NCBI GenBank assembly: GCA_002067965.1
Contig: MVRN01000038.1
Span: 1-24,000 of the forward strand
From: Pelotomaculum sp. PtaU1.Bin035
Lineage (GTDB): Bacteria; Bacillota; Desulfotomaculia; Desulfotomaculales; Pelotomaculaceae
Direction: 5' to 3'
Length of the DNA: 24,000 nt
A program made the position numbers and the translations under genes. The notes under the pieces are model-generated. The model was given only the letters and a program-made list of their open reading frames with translations, ran no database searches and was not told the DNA's origin. The first letter of the stretch is position 1. Each line of letters opens with the position of its first letter. Positions 1 through 8,152 of the stretch are shown piece after piece.

Positions 1-6
1 GAAATA

Positions 7-273
7 TTAAGCTATGCTTCGAAACGCTACGCTATCCTTGTGTTTTTCCTGTCTACTGAACGGGGGACGCCGCATTGCCGACCGGTAATCTTCCGGAAGC
101 AGGGAAAGCACGCGCTCCACCTGTCCGGCAAGCTCGGTCCCGTACAGCGCCTCTTCCGGATCACCGTCTGCCGCCGCCGCAGTATCAAACCATGCCGGGT
201 CTGCCGGAAGCAAGTGATTTATTTTGCGCCCGTGCTTTAAACAGACATTACGGGCGATCCGGTGAAGCCAGGT
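7..273 (-). pseudogene. Sigma-70 family RNA polymerase sigma factor, C-terminal fragment (end of region 2 through start of region 4)
   Basis: Minus-strand reading from 273: TWLHRIARNVCLKHGRKINHLLPADPAWFDTAAAADGDPEEALYGTELAGQVERVLSLLPEDYRSAMRR, then unrelated residues and a stop. The typical region 4.2 is missing. Confidence 0.8.
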
Positions 274-418
274 ACTTTATCAAGAATACCGGCACATGAT
301 CTTTCGTTACCTCTACCGTTGCACCGGCAGCCGCGACCTGGCCGAGGAACTGACCCAGGAGACCTTTTTTCAGGCAGCGCTTTCAATAGCCGGTTTTCGC
401 GGAGAGTGCAGTATAAGT
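274..418 (+). pseudogene. Sigma-70 family sigma factor region 2 fragment, inverted relative to its C-terminal half
   Basis: Plus frame from 275: LYQEYRHMIFRYLYRCTGSRDLAEELTQETFFQAALSIAGFRGECSIS, a classic ECF region 2, on the strand opposite to the rest of the gene. Confidence 0.8.
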
Positions 419-735
419 CTTTCACACTCAAATGGCGCGCCTGAAAGACAAGCCTGGCATTTCCCGCAGTATGCGTATCCCAACACCACGGGGTCCCCGG
501 GCTTCACCGTGGATACTCCTTCCCCCACTTTTTCAACAATTCCGGAGCCCTCGTGTCCCAAAACAGCGGGGAGAGGGAAAAAATACTCTTGGTTTTGCAC
601 GTGAATATCAGTAAGGCAAATCCCGGAAGCTGCCATCTTGACCAATACCTCTCCTGCTTTCGGCTCATCAAGAGTCACTGGCTCAATTTTGAATTTTTCC
701 CCTTTATGATATATAACCGCCGCCTGGATTTCCAC
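419..735 (-). pseudogene. Zinc-dependent alcohol dehydrogenase (MDR/GroES-like) N-terminal fragment
   Basis: GTG start at 735 behind GGAGGTG. Protein MEIQAAVIYHKGEKFKIEPVTLDEPKAGEVLVKMAASGICLTDIHV...VLGHEGSGIVEKVGEGV...YCGKCQACLSGAPFECE has the catalytic Cys/GHE and the structural-zinc CxxCxxC pattern. It stops after about 106 aa. Confidence 0.85.
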
Positions 736-828
736 CTGAACACCTCCAAATTCCTATTTTGGCGGGCTTATCCCTCTCTAGATTATATTCAAGCATTAAT
801 CGCGAGGCAAATCGAAAATTTATTCCTA

Positions 829-857
829 TTTACAAAGCCGGCTGGCGGGTATATAAT
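829..857 (+). promoter_or_regulatory. Predicted sigma-A promoter of the GntR gene
   Basis: TTTACA (829-834), 17-nt spacer, TATAAT (852-857). Confidence 0.65.
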
Positions 858-866
858 TACGTGTGT

Positions 867-899
867 ATTAACTGTACTATATATGTTAGTACAGTTAAT
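867..899 (+). promoter_or_regulatory. Perfect 12-bp inverted repeat, likely GntR/YtrA-type operator
   Basis: ATTAACTGTACT (867-878), 9-nt spacer, AGTACAGTTAAT (888-899), between the predicted TSS and the start codon at 918. Confidence 0.6.
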
Positions 900-917
900 G
901 CTAGAAGGAGGGGTTCT

Positions 918-1307
918 ATGTTTGAACTGGACCTGCGCAGCCGTTCACCTGTGTATGAACAGCTGGTCGAGAAATTCAAAGAGCTCATCATAAACAATGT
1001 GATGAAACCTGATGAGCAATTACCGGCCGTACGGGTGTTGGCCGGTGAATTGACCGTTAATCCCAATACCATCCAGAAAGCCTACCGGGAACTGGAACAC
1101 AGGGGATATATCTATTCTGTTCCTGGAAAAGGCAGTTTTGTCAGGCCTGCAGTTCCCGGCAATAACGCTGCCAAGCTGCGAACTTTGGAAGAGGAGCTAT
1201 CTAGAATTGTGTCGGAAATGCTCTACCTGGGATCCACCCCCCAGGAAATTATCACCCGGATTAAAACACAGTTAGCCAAAGGTGAAGGAGGTAAATTGGA
1301 TGATTGA
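918..1307 (+). CDS. GntR family transcriptional regulator (YtrA subfamily)
   Basis: MFELDLRSRSPVYEQLVEKFKELIINNVMKPDEQLPAVRVLAGELTVNPNTIQKAYRELEHRGYIYSVPGKGSFV is a wHTH GntR signature. RBS is AAGGAGGGG. The short C-terminal tail is typical of YtrA-type regulators. Confidence 0.9.
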   Translation: MFELDLRSRSPVYEQLVEKFKELIINNVMKPDEQLPAVRVLAGELTVNPNTIQKAYRELEHRGYIYSVPGKGSFVRPAVPGNNAAKLRTLEEELSRIVSEMLYLGSTPQEIITRIKTQLAKGEGGKLDD

Positions 1308-1389
1308 GGTGGAGATGGTCAGCAAGCAATTCCAGGAGTTGGCAGCACTTCGAGATATAAACCTGTCAGTGCGGAAAGGATCTATATAG
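1300..1389 (+). pseudogene. ABC transporter ATP-binding protein, truncated after 29 codons
   Basis: ATGA overlap with the GntR stop. MIEVEMVSKQFQELAALRDINLSVRKGSI* ends just before where Walker A (GLLGPNGAGK) would follow. Confidence 0.7.
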
Positions 1390-1831
1390 GCCCAATCCAG
1401 GCTTATTACCCCTTTGACTGACGCCACGGCGTCTTCTACGGAAACAAATCCCGTTATTTCCGCCTGCGAAACGGTCTTCCCGGGGCTTCTGCCGGTATCT
1501 CTGCCATACGCATACGGATCATAGCGCGGGTAATACTTGTCGGCTTCGCCGACCCTGGCGCCGCTGAAAGCATCGACACAGTATATAAAGTCACGGCTGC
1601 CGGGCGTATATTCCAGGTAGGTGCCGCGGCCTCCCATGCCGTAGGACTTCCTGTACTTGAGCGTGAGACCGAGTATTTGCCTATATTCAGCCTTAGCTGC
1701 CGCCGGCCCCATGATGCCAACCGGTTCGGGAAACACCAAGCCGGCCAGGCTCGGTGGAAGCTGACGACCTCGCCCGTATCGCCCTTCACGGTCATTGTGA
1801 ATATGGTGTGAACGGAAAGTGAAGTCTTCAT
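1340..1831 (-). pseudogene. YcdB/YcdC-like domain protein fragment with a frameshift
   Basis: Two adjoining minus frames: MTVKGDTGEVVSFHRAWPAW (1454..1831 frame) and VFPEPVGIMGPAAAKAEYRQILGLTLKYRKSYGMGGRGTYLEYTPGSRDFIYCVDAFSGARVG (1272..1739 frame). Together they resemble one domain. Exact ends are uncertain. Confidence 0.5.
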
Positions 1832-1947
1832 AAAAAAGCTTCTAAAGCTTTAAATTAATATTATTAAAGCCCACCCTTTTACAGGCAGGCTTATTTTAAT
1901 ATGCGCTTTTTGTAGTATCTGTCTTAGGATTTTTCAGACAGCCCCTT

Positions 1948-3165
1948 TTACTTTTCAAAGCGGAGCGCTTCGATAGGATCCAGCCCCGCCGCTTTTTTAG
2001 CCGGATAATAACCGAAGAAAACTCCGATAGCCGCTGAAAAACCTGCGGATATCAAGATGGAATATATTGTAACATATGTAGACCACCCGGCAAATTTTGA
2101 AATAATTTTAGATCCGGCGATTCCAGTGAGAATTCCCGCAACGCCGCCTGTAAGACACAGCACAAGGGCCTCAACCAGAAACTGGTTGCGTATATCTCTC
2201 TCAGTGGCCCCCACCGCCATGCGCAGGCCGATCTCTCTTGTCCTCTCTGTAACAGAAACCAGCATAATATTCATAATCCCGATACCGCCAACCAGAAGGG
2301 ACACGGCAGCCACACTGGCCAGAAGCAGGGTCATAACACCGGTGGATGTTTCAGCGGCTTCAAGGACGGAGGTTAAATTGCGCACATTAAAGTCATCGGA
2401 TTTGGCGCCAGTCAGGCGATGCCTCTCCCTCAACAGGTCCTCTATGTTGCTTTGGACAAAAGCCATACTATTCTCTGTTTCAGTCTGAACGTTGATCGTA
2501 CGGACATAATTTACACCCATCATCCTCTTTTGGACCGTGGTTACCGGCACGTATATTACATCGTCCTGATCTTGACCGGCCATGGCTGCGCCTTTTGAGG
2601 CAAGTACACCGACAACAGTAAATGCTAATTTATTTATCCTGATCGTCGAGCCAACAGGGTCGACGCCGGATGGAAAAAGGTTGTCTGCAACCGTTTTGCC
2701 TAAAACAGCCACCAGGCTGGCATTTGCTACATCATCCGCGGTAAAGAATGACCCCAGACTGATCGGCCACTTTTTTATCGACTGCATTTCCGGTGTAGTG
2801 CCATCGGCCTGGGAGGTCCAGGTTTGGTTGTTGTACGCTATATTAGCGCTGGTACTTAACTCCGGCACCGCATTGGACACCATACTCAGCCCGGCTATGG
2901 CTTTTGCGTCTTCCAACGTAAGGGTGTTTACACTTCCTGAAGCTCCCCGTACAGGTCCTTGTCCGGTACCTGAGAAAACCATAAGCAGGTTTGATCCCAT
3001 ACTGGAAATCTGGTCGGAAATTTTCTTACTGGCTCCCTGTCCCACAGAGATCATGATTATGACGGCTGCGACACCGATGATAATACCGAGCATTGTCAGG
3101 GAAGATCTCAACTTGTTCGCCTTGATTCCGTTTATTGCGACTTCAAAATTACTTGCAAGCTGCAA
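1948..3165 (-). CDS. ABC transporter permease, MacB/FtsX type
   Basis: MacB periplasmic core-like N-terminus (FEVAINGIKANKLRSSLTMLGIIIGVAAVIIMISVGQG) and an FtsX C-terminus (GGIGIMNIMLVSVTERTREIGLRMAVGA). Confidence 0.93.
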   Translation of the reverse strand: MQLASNFEVAINGIKANKLRSSLTMLGIIIGVAAVIIMISVGQGASKKISDQISSMGSNLLMVFSGTGQGPVRGASGSVNTLTLEDAKAIAGLSMVSNAVPELSTSANIAYNNQTWTSQADGTTPEMQSIKKWPISLGSFFTADDVANASLVAVLGKTVADNLFPSGVDPVGSTIRINKLAFTVVGVLASKGAAMAGQDQDDVIYVPVTTVQKRMMGVNYVRTINVQTETENSMAFVQSNIEDLLRERHRLTGAKSDDFNVRNLTSVLEAAETSTGVMTLLLASVAAVSLLVGGIGIMNIMLVSVTERTREIGLRMAVGATERDIRNQFLVEALVLCLTGGVAGILTGIAGSKIISKFAGWSTYVTIYSILISAGFSAAIGVFFGYYPAKKAAGLDPIEALRFEK

Positions 3166-3166
3166 A

Positions 3167-3919
3167 TTAAACCACCTCCGTTTCTCCCGGAAAGGCTGCT
3201 AAATCCCCGGCGGCGTCTCTTTGGTCCAAAACCGGCGTGTCGCCTATAATACGGCCGTCTTTTAAATTGATTAAACGGCGGCAATAGAGGGAGATATCTT
3301 TTTCATGGGTAACCATTACCACTGTAATGCCTTTCTCGATATTTAACTTCTGAATTACAGAAATAATCTCTATGCTTGTTTTTGAATCAAGGGCGCCCGT
3401 GGGCTCGTCCGCCAGGATCAAAGCAGGGTTATTTATCAGAGCCCGGGCGATGGCGACTCTTTGCTGCTGGCCGCCCGACATCTGGCCGGGATAGTGGCGC
3501 AAATATTTTGATAGTCCGACCCAATCCAAAGCCTCCGCCGCCCTGTCCGCCATCTCCTTTTTTCCTGCGCCGGCATAGAACAGCGGTAGTTGAACATTAG
3601 CCAGCACAGACACTCTTCCCAGCAAATTAAAACCCTGAAATACGAAACCAAGCCTTTTGCCACGGATAACGGCCAGCTGATTTTTATCTAATTTGGATAC
3701 ATTCTCACCGTCAAGGTAATAGCTCCCCCCGGTAGGCCTGTCTAAACAGCCGATAATGTTCAGCAGGGTGCTCTTGCCTGAACCGGAGGAACCCATGATC
3801 GCGACCATTTCACCCTTCTGGATGGTGAGACTAACACCCCTTAAGGCAAAAATCTGAGAATCTCCCATGTTATATACTTTTTTGATATTTTCAAGTATAA
3901 TTGCTGTTTTCCCTGTCAT
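3167..3919 (-). CDS. ABC transporter ATP-binding protein, MacB/LolD type
   Basis: Walker [10 protein letters not shown], signature MSGGQQQR, Walker [13 protein letters not shown]. Confidence 0.95.
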   Translation of the reverse strand: MTGKTAIILENIKKVYNMGDSQIFALRGVSLTIQKGEMVAIMGSSGSGKSTLLNIIGCLDRPTGGSYYLDGENVSKLDKNQLAVIRGKRLGFVFQGFNLLGRVSVLANVQLPLFYAGAGKKEMADRAAEALDWVGLSKYLRHYPGQMSGGQQQRVAIARALINNPALILADEPTGALDSKTSIEIISVIQKLNIEKGITVVMVTHEKDISLYCRRLINLKDGRIIGDTPVLDQRDAAGDLAAFPGETEVV

Positions 3920-3973
3920 AACAACACCATCCCAAGGTATTTTTTCATTGGATCTTCTTGATGTACGCCGGCT

Positions 3974-5365
3974 TTATGGCGGAGGTCCTCCCCCTCCCGG
4001 CATAATTGGTGAATTGGCGCTCTTATTGGTGCTCTGGCTACTCGTATTCGCATTCGTAGCGCCCCCCGCGCCCACGACCACCGTTTCTCCTTCAATAAGG
4101 CCTTCTAGAATTTCATAGTTTTTTTGGTCAGACAGCCCCAATGTCACCTGCCGTGGTTGGGGAACGCCTGATTTATCCAGGACCAGGACATTAGCCTGCT
4201 GCTTCTGAGCATCCGCCTTTAAGGCAACATCCTGCGCCACTTTACTCAGATAACTAGCCGCATAAGTAACGGCGCCTTTAGCTATGGTGAGAGTATTTTC
4301 GTGTCTATTAACAATTATGTTTACGTTTGCGGGCATACCGGCCTTTAAACCCTGGTTTCCGTCCATTTGGATGATTGTATCGTAAATCTGCACGTTCGAT
4401 ATCGTGGACGCCTGGGGAGAAATGCTGCCAACCTTGCCGGTAAAGGTTTCATTCGGGAAAGAATTAACCGTTAACTCCGCCTTCTGGCCGACTTCCAATT
4501 TGCCGATATCAGCTTCGTTAACCTGTGCCTTTACCTGTAAAGCTTCAGAAATAATAACGATGAACCCGGTGCTGCCGCTGGTGCTGTTGTTATTGGCAGT
4601 CGCCCGCTGACCTTCTCCCCCGTTTACCTCGCTTACAATGCCGTCCATAGGACTGACCATTTTTGTCCCCGCCAGGTCTTTTTCCGATATTTGAAGCTGC
4701 GCGCTGCCGCTTTCCACCTGGGCGGCTGCCGCTGCGACATCTTCCTGTCTGTTGCCTTTCTGGAGCGACTTCAAAGACGCCTCTGCCTGCTTTAGCTTAC
4801 CTTCCGCGCTAACATAGCTGCTGTTTACGCTATCCAAGTCAGTCCGGGAAATGGCTCCTGCCTGATAAAGTGTTTGATTGCGCTCCAGATCCGTTTTTGC
4901 CTGGTCATAAGCCGCCTGGGCCATCTTGAGGCTTGCCTCGGCTTGGGTTATATCTTCCTCCGTCGAACCGTTTTTTAAGAGCTCAAGTTTAGCGACAGCA
5001 CTTTTCAAACTTGCTGAGCTCTGGATAACCTGCGCCTCCAAATCATCGCTTTCCTGCTCGGCCAGAATTTGCCCGGCGGTTACATGATCACCCAACTTAA
5101 CGTATATCTTTTTTACTATTTCTGCGTTTTTAAAGCTTAAGGAAACAGTGCTTACAGGCTCTATCGCGCCGGTAGCCGGGATGGTATTGGCAACAGTGCC
5201 TTTTTTAACGGTATCGGTAATGTAATTGCCCGCTGCTTTTTTGCCTCCTCCACAAATGTAAAAACCAACCATTACTACTAACATAATTGCAGCTATGCCA
5301 AGGAAAAATTTTTTTCTTATTAAGGCACTCGGAATTCTGCCGATTTGAATATTTCCCCATTTCAT
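3974..5365 (-). CDS. HlyD/MacA-family efflux periplasmic adaptor subunit
   Basis: N-terminal TM, biotinyl-lipoyl-like domain, long coiled coil (VNSSYVSAEGKLKQAEASLKSLQ) and beta-barrel region. The ORF is open to 5407, but the ATG at 5365 has an upstream AAAGGGG. Confidence 0.9.
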   Translation of the reverse strand: MKWGNIQIGRIPSALIRKKFFLGIAAIMLVVMVGFYICGGGKKAAGNYITDTVKKGTVANTIPATGAIEPVSTVSLSFKNAEIVKKIYVKLGDHVTAGQILAEQESDDLEAQVIQSSASLKSAVAKLELLKNGSTEEDITQAEASLKMAQAAYDQAKTDLERNQTLYQAGAISRTDLDSVNSSYVSAEGKLKQAEASLKSLQKGNRQEDVAAAAAQVESGSAQLQISEKDLAGTKMVSPMDGIVSEVNGGEGQRATANNNSTSGSTGFIVIISEALQVKAQVNEADIGKLEVGQKAELTVNSFPNETFTGKVGSISPQASTISNVQIYDTIIQMDGNQGLKAGMPANVNIIVNRHENTLTIAKGAVTYAASYLSKVAQDVALKADAQKQQANVLVLDKSGVPQPRQVTLGLSDQKNYEILEGLIEGETVVVGAGGATNANTSSQSTNKSANSPIMPGGGGPPP

Positions 5366-5623
5366 TTTTATGGCCCCTTTCGATAATAATGGTTGGTTTC
5401 TGTTCATGATTATAGCCAGTTATTGTGAACATGGCGTGAACAGCCGGTGAAGTTTTCCACAAATGATCATGATTAGTTGCCGGGTTCAAGAAACCGGTGG
5501 TGCGCAGCTATTGAGACTTGGCGCCGGCAGGTGATGAAGGAGAAAAGTAGAGAAGCACGCAGCTTTTCAGGGAGATAGCGTAATGACGCCACATTAGAAG
5601 CGTTATTCAGGGCAGAATTATGA

Positions 5624-5657
5624 TAAAGACCGTAACCTCATGGTTATGGTCCTTTTA
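5624..5657 (-). terminator. Predicted hairpin terminator after the histidine kinase gene
   Basis: Stem aaagaccgtaacc / ggttatggtccttt with a tca loop, located just past the HK stop at 5660. Confidence 0.6.
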
Positions 5658-5659
5658 CT

Positions 5660-7189
5660 TTAAGCAACAACATCCACTTCAAACCAGAATTCAACTCCGC
5701 CGTCCTTGTTCAATACGCCGTACCGTTTGTTATCTGTCTCTTGAATAGCTCTAACGATGGATAATCCCAATCCGGTCCCTCCGTAGGCTCTTGTCCGGGC
5801 TTTGTCCACTTTATAAAAACTCTCCCAGACCTTATTTAATGACCCCGGGGAAATAGGGCGGCCGGAATTATAAACAGATATACGGGCTTTGTCTTGGATA
5901 ACTTGAATAGTTATGGCAATTAACTTTTGGCCATCAACATGATTAATAGCGTTATTGAGATAATTGGTAATTATTTGTTCCGTACGAAACCGGTCGGCGC
6001 ATACAATTAATCCCGGTTCTTCCGCCAATGTGCAATTAACTTTTTTCTCTAAAAAAATAGGTTTATATTTTTCCATAATTTTTGCCGCGAGCCGGGATAT
6101 TTCAAAATTGCTTTTATCTAATTTAAAAGTACCCGCTTCTATCTGGGACAGGCCCAGCAACTCCCCCACTAATTTACCCATCTTATTGGCCTCGTCCACA
6201 ATTACGTCACAATAGAAGTTCTTGTTCTCTTCGTCCTCGTTCACATTTTCCTTCAACCCTTCAGCATAACCTTGTATTAGAGAAATCGGTGTTTTTAGTT
6301 CGTGGGAGACACTGGAGATAAATTCCTTTCTCATTTCGTCGATCCTTCGTTCCCGTTCGATATCTTCCAGAAGCTTTTGATTCGCTTCGGTCAACTCAGA
6401 TATTGCAGCATGCAACTGGGTCGATAACGAATTTATACTCTCGCCCAGCTGGCCAACTTCATCGGTAGATTCAACCTGGTATTTTTGGCTGAAATCCAGT
6501 TCGGCCATCCTCTGTGCAATATCGTTTAATTTTAATATGGGCATGGTTAGTTTCTTAGCGAAAAAATAGATAATAATACTTCCAACAATAAAGGTCAACA
6601 GCCCTGTGAACAAAAAGAAACGGTTCGCTATCCGCACGCTTTCACTGATGGAAGCAAAAGGAGTGCTGAGAATCAGGTAGTCTCCATTGTTCAGAGCCGT
6701 TATCAAGCTAATAAAGTTGGTCTGAATTCTTGGATCTTTAGAATGATTAATTACTACCTTGCCTTCTTTAAGTTTATCCTGATTCATTTGAATAAGGTTT
6801 TTTTCAAATACTTGTTTTGTTTCGGGATTTGGAAGGGGAGAATCTAAGGCCTGCAGCTCTTCAGATCGTGGCCGGGGAGCAGGAGGACGATCTTCGGAGG
6901 GCTCTTCAGGTGTCCTTTGCAAGCGGTATATTGGTTCCTGATATGAATTAAAGAAAACAATATGGATCCCCGTGGTCAGCTCCAACCTCTCCAGTTCCAA
7001 AGAAATAGTTTCCGGGTCTCCTTGATATATCTTATTAATATCTCCGTAGATGCCCATTAATTGTTTCTGCTTCTCTGAAACGTAATAGTCTTCAAGAAAC
7101 TCGCTGTTTAGAATCTGTGATAAGGCTACGAACAGCATAATTAACCCGGTCATTCCCCAGAAGAGTTTCTTGCTGATAGTCAACTTCAT
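5660..7189 (-). CDS. Two-component sensor histidine kinase (TM-sensor-TM, HAMP, HisKA, HATPase_c)
   Basis: HisKA motif FISSVSHELKTPISLIQGYAEGL; ATPase motifs NYLNNAINH and YGGTGLGLSIVRAI. Confidence 0.95.
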   Translation of the reverse strand: MKLTISKKLFWGMTGLIMLFVALSQILNSEFLEDYYVSEKQKQLMGIYGDINKIYQGDPETISLELERLELTTGIHIVFFNSYQEPIYRLQRTPEEPSEDRPPAPRPRSEELQALDSPLPNPETKQVFEKNLIQMNQDKLKEGKVVINHSKDPRIQTNFISLITALNNGDYLILSTPFASISESVRIANRFFLFTGLLTFIVGSIIIYFFAKKLTMPILKLNDIAQRMAELDFSQKYQVESTDEVGQLGESINSLSTQLHAAISELTEANQKLLEDIERERRIDEMRKEFISSVSHELKTPISLIQGYAEGLKENVNEDEENKNFYCDVIVDEANKMGKLVGELLGLSQIEAGTFKLDKSNFEISRLAAKIMEKYKPIFLEKKVNCTLAEEPGLIVCADRFRTEQIITNYLNNAINHVDGQKLIAITIQVIQDKARISVYNSGRPISPGSLNKVWESFYKVDKARTRAYGGTGLGLSIVRAIQETDNKRYGVLNKDGGVEFWFEVDVVA

Positions 7190-7863
7190 AATTTCACCTC
7201 AAATTTATATCCCAACCCACGAATTGTTTTAATAAAGGAGCCTTTATCGCCAAGTTTATGCCTGAGCTTTTTTATATGGGTATCAACGGTCCTGGCGTCC
7301 CCAAAATAATTGTAATCCCAGACCGCGTCCAAGATCCGATCCCGGTTTAATGCCGTACCTTTATTATTTACCATGTAAAGCAACAACTCGAACTCCTTCA
7401 TGCTTAAGTCCAATGATACTCCGTCAACAGTCACAGACCGGCCGTTAACATCTATCTCCAATCCGCCTAAAGTGATATTAGGATCCTTACGTTCTGTCAC
7501 CCTTCTCAGCAAGGCTTGAGCTCTAGCCACCAGTATTTTAGGGCTGAAGGGCTTAGTTATATATTCATCCGCCCCCAATTCAAACCCGAACAATTCATCG
7601 GATTCCTCTGACCGGGCTGTCAGCATAATAATGGGCACATGAGAGGTCTTGCGTATTTCCCTGCATACGGCCCAACCGTCATATTCAGGCATCATTACAT
7701 CCAGAATAACTAAATCAATGTGCTGGTCAGCAAAAATATCCAAAGCCTGCCGGCCATTCTCAGCTACAAAAACATTGTAGCCGTCCTTCTTTAGAAAATC
7801 AGATACAAGTTTTATCATTCGAGGTTCATCATCGGCAATTAAAATATTTTCCTTGGTATCCAT
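7186..7863 (-). CDS. Response regulator, OmpR/PhoB family
   Basis: MDTKENILIADDEPRMIKLVSDFLKKDGYN...DLVILDVMMPEYDGW...MLTARSE...LGADEYITKPF plus a winged helix. The ATG at 7861-7863 is preferred to the track start at 7965. ATGA overlap with the HK gene. Confidence 0.94.
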   Translation of the reverse strand: MDTKENILIADDEPRMIKLVSDFLKKDGYNVFVAENGRQALDIFADQHIDLVILDVMMPEYDGWAVCREIRKTSHVPIIMLTARSEESDELFGFELGADEYITKPFSPKILVARAQALLRRVTERKDPNITLGGLEIDVNGRSVTVDGVSLDLSMKEFELLLYMVNNKGTALNRDRILDAVWDYNYFGDARTVDTHIKKLRHKLGDKGSFIKTIRGLGYKFEVKL

Positions 7864-8085
7864 AAATACATCCTCTCCAAAGCTAATTGTAATAAGTAGT
7901 TCTTCAACAATAATACTTTTCCCTCTTACTGACACAATTAAGGACATTCCTGTCCGGCTTTTCATATTAAATTATTTTATTAAGCTTAAACTTAAAATTA
8001 AAAAATTAAATTAGCATAATAAAGAATTCAAATATATAATTAAAAAATAGTTAATATTGTAAAAAAGAAATGGAGGGAGGGGATT

Positions 8086-8106
8086 ATGAAAAGAATTAGT
8101 ATTTAA
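8086..8106 (+). other. Possible leader mini-ORF (MKRISI*)
   Basis: GGAGGGAGGGG immediately upstream of ATG AAA AGA ATT AGT ATT TAA, about 47 nt before the yedE-like start. Confidence 0.3.
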
Positions 8107-8152
8107 ATTAGGCATACCTACCTATGTTTAGAAAGAAAGGAGTTTATAATTA

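Noticed and set aside
237-431. Minus ORF MSVKDLYCTLRENRLLKALPEK...
   Set aside because: Shadow frame antisense to the inverted sigma region 2 fragment. It has no domain of its own.
2057-3202. Plus-strand ORFs (2057..2488, 2582..3202) opposite the permease gene
   Set aside because: Antisense shadow ORFs over a confident MacB-like permease, with low-complexity Thr/Ser/Pro/Ala translations and no motif.
5409-5414. TATAAT (minus strand) as the promoter of the adaptor gene
   Set aside because: A -10-like hexamer is present but no convincing -35 at suitable spacing. I did not list it as a promoter.
7942-7955. Short palindrome ggaca-ttcc-tgtcc between the RR gene and yedE
   Set aside because: A 5-bp stem is too short to claim as an operator without conservation.
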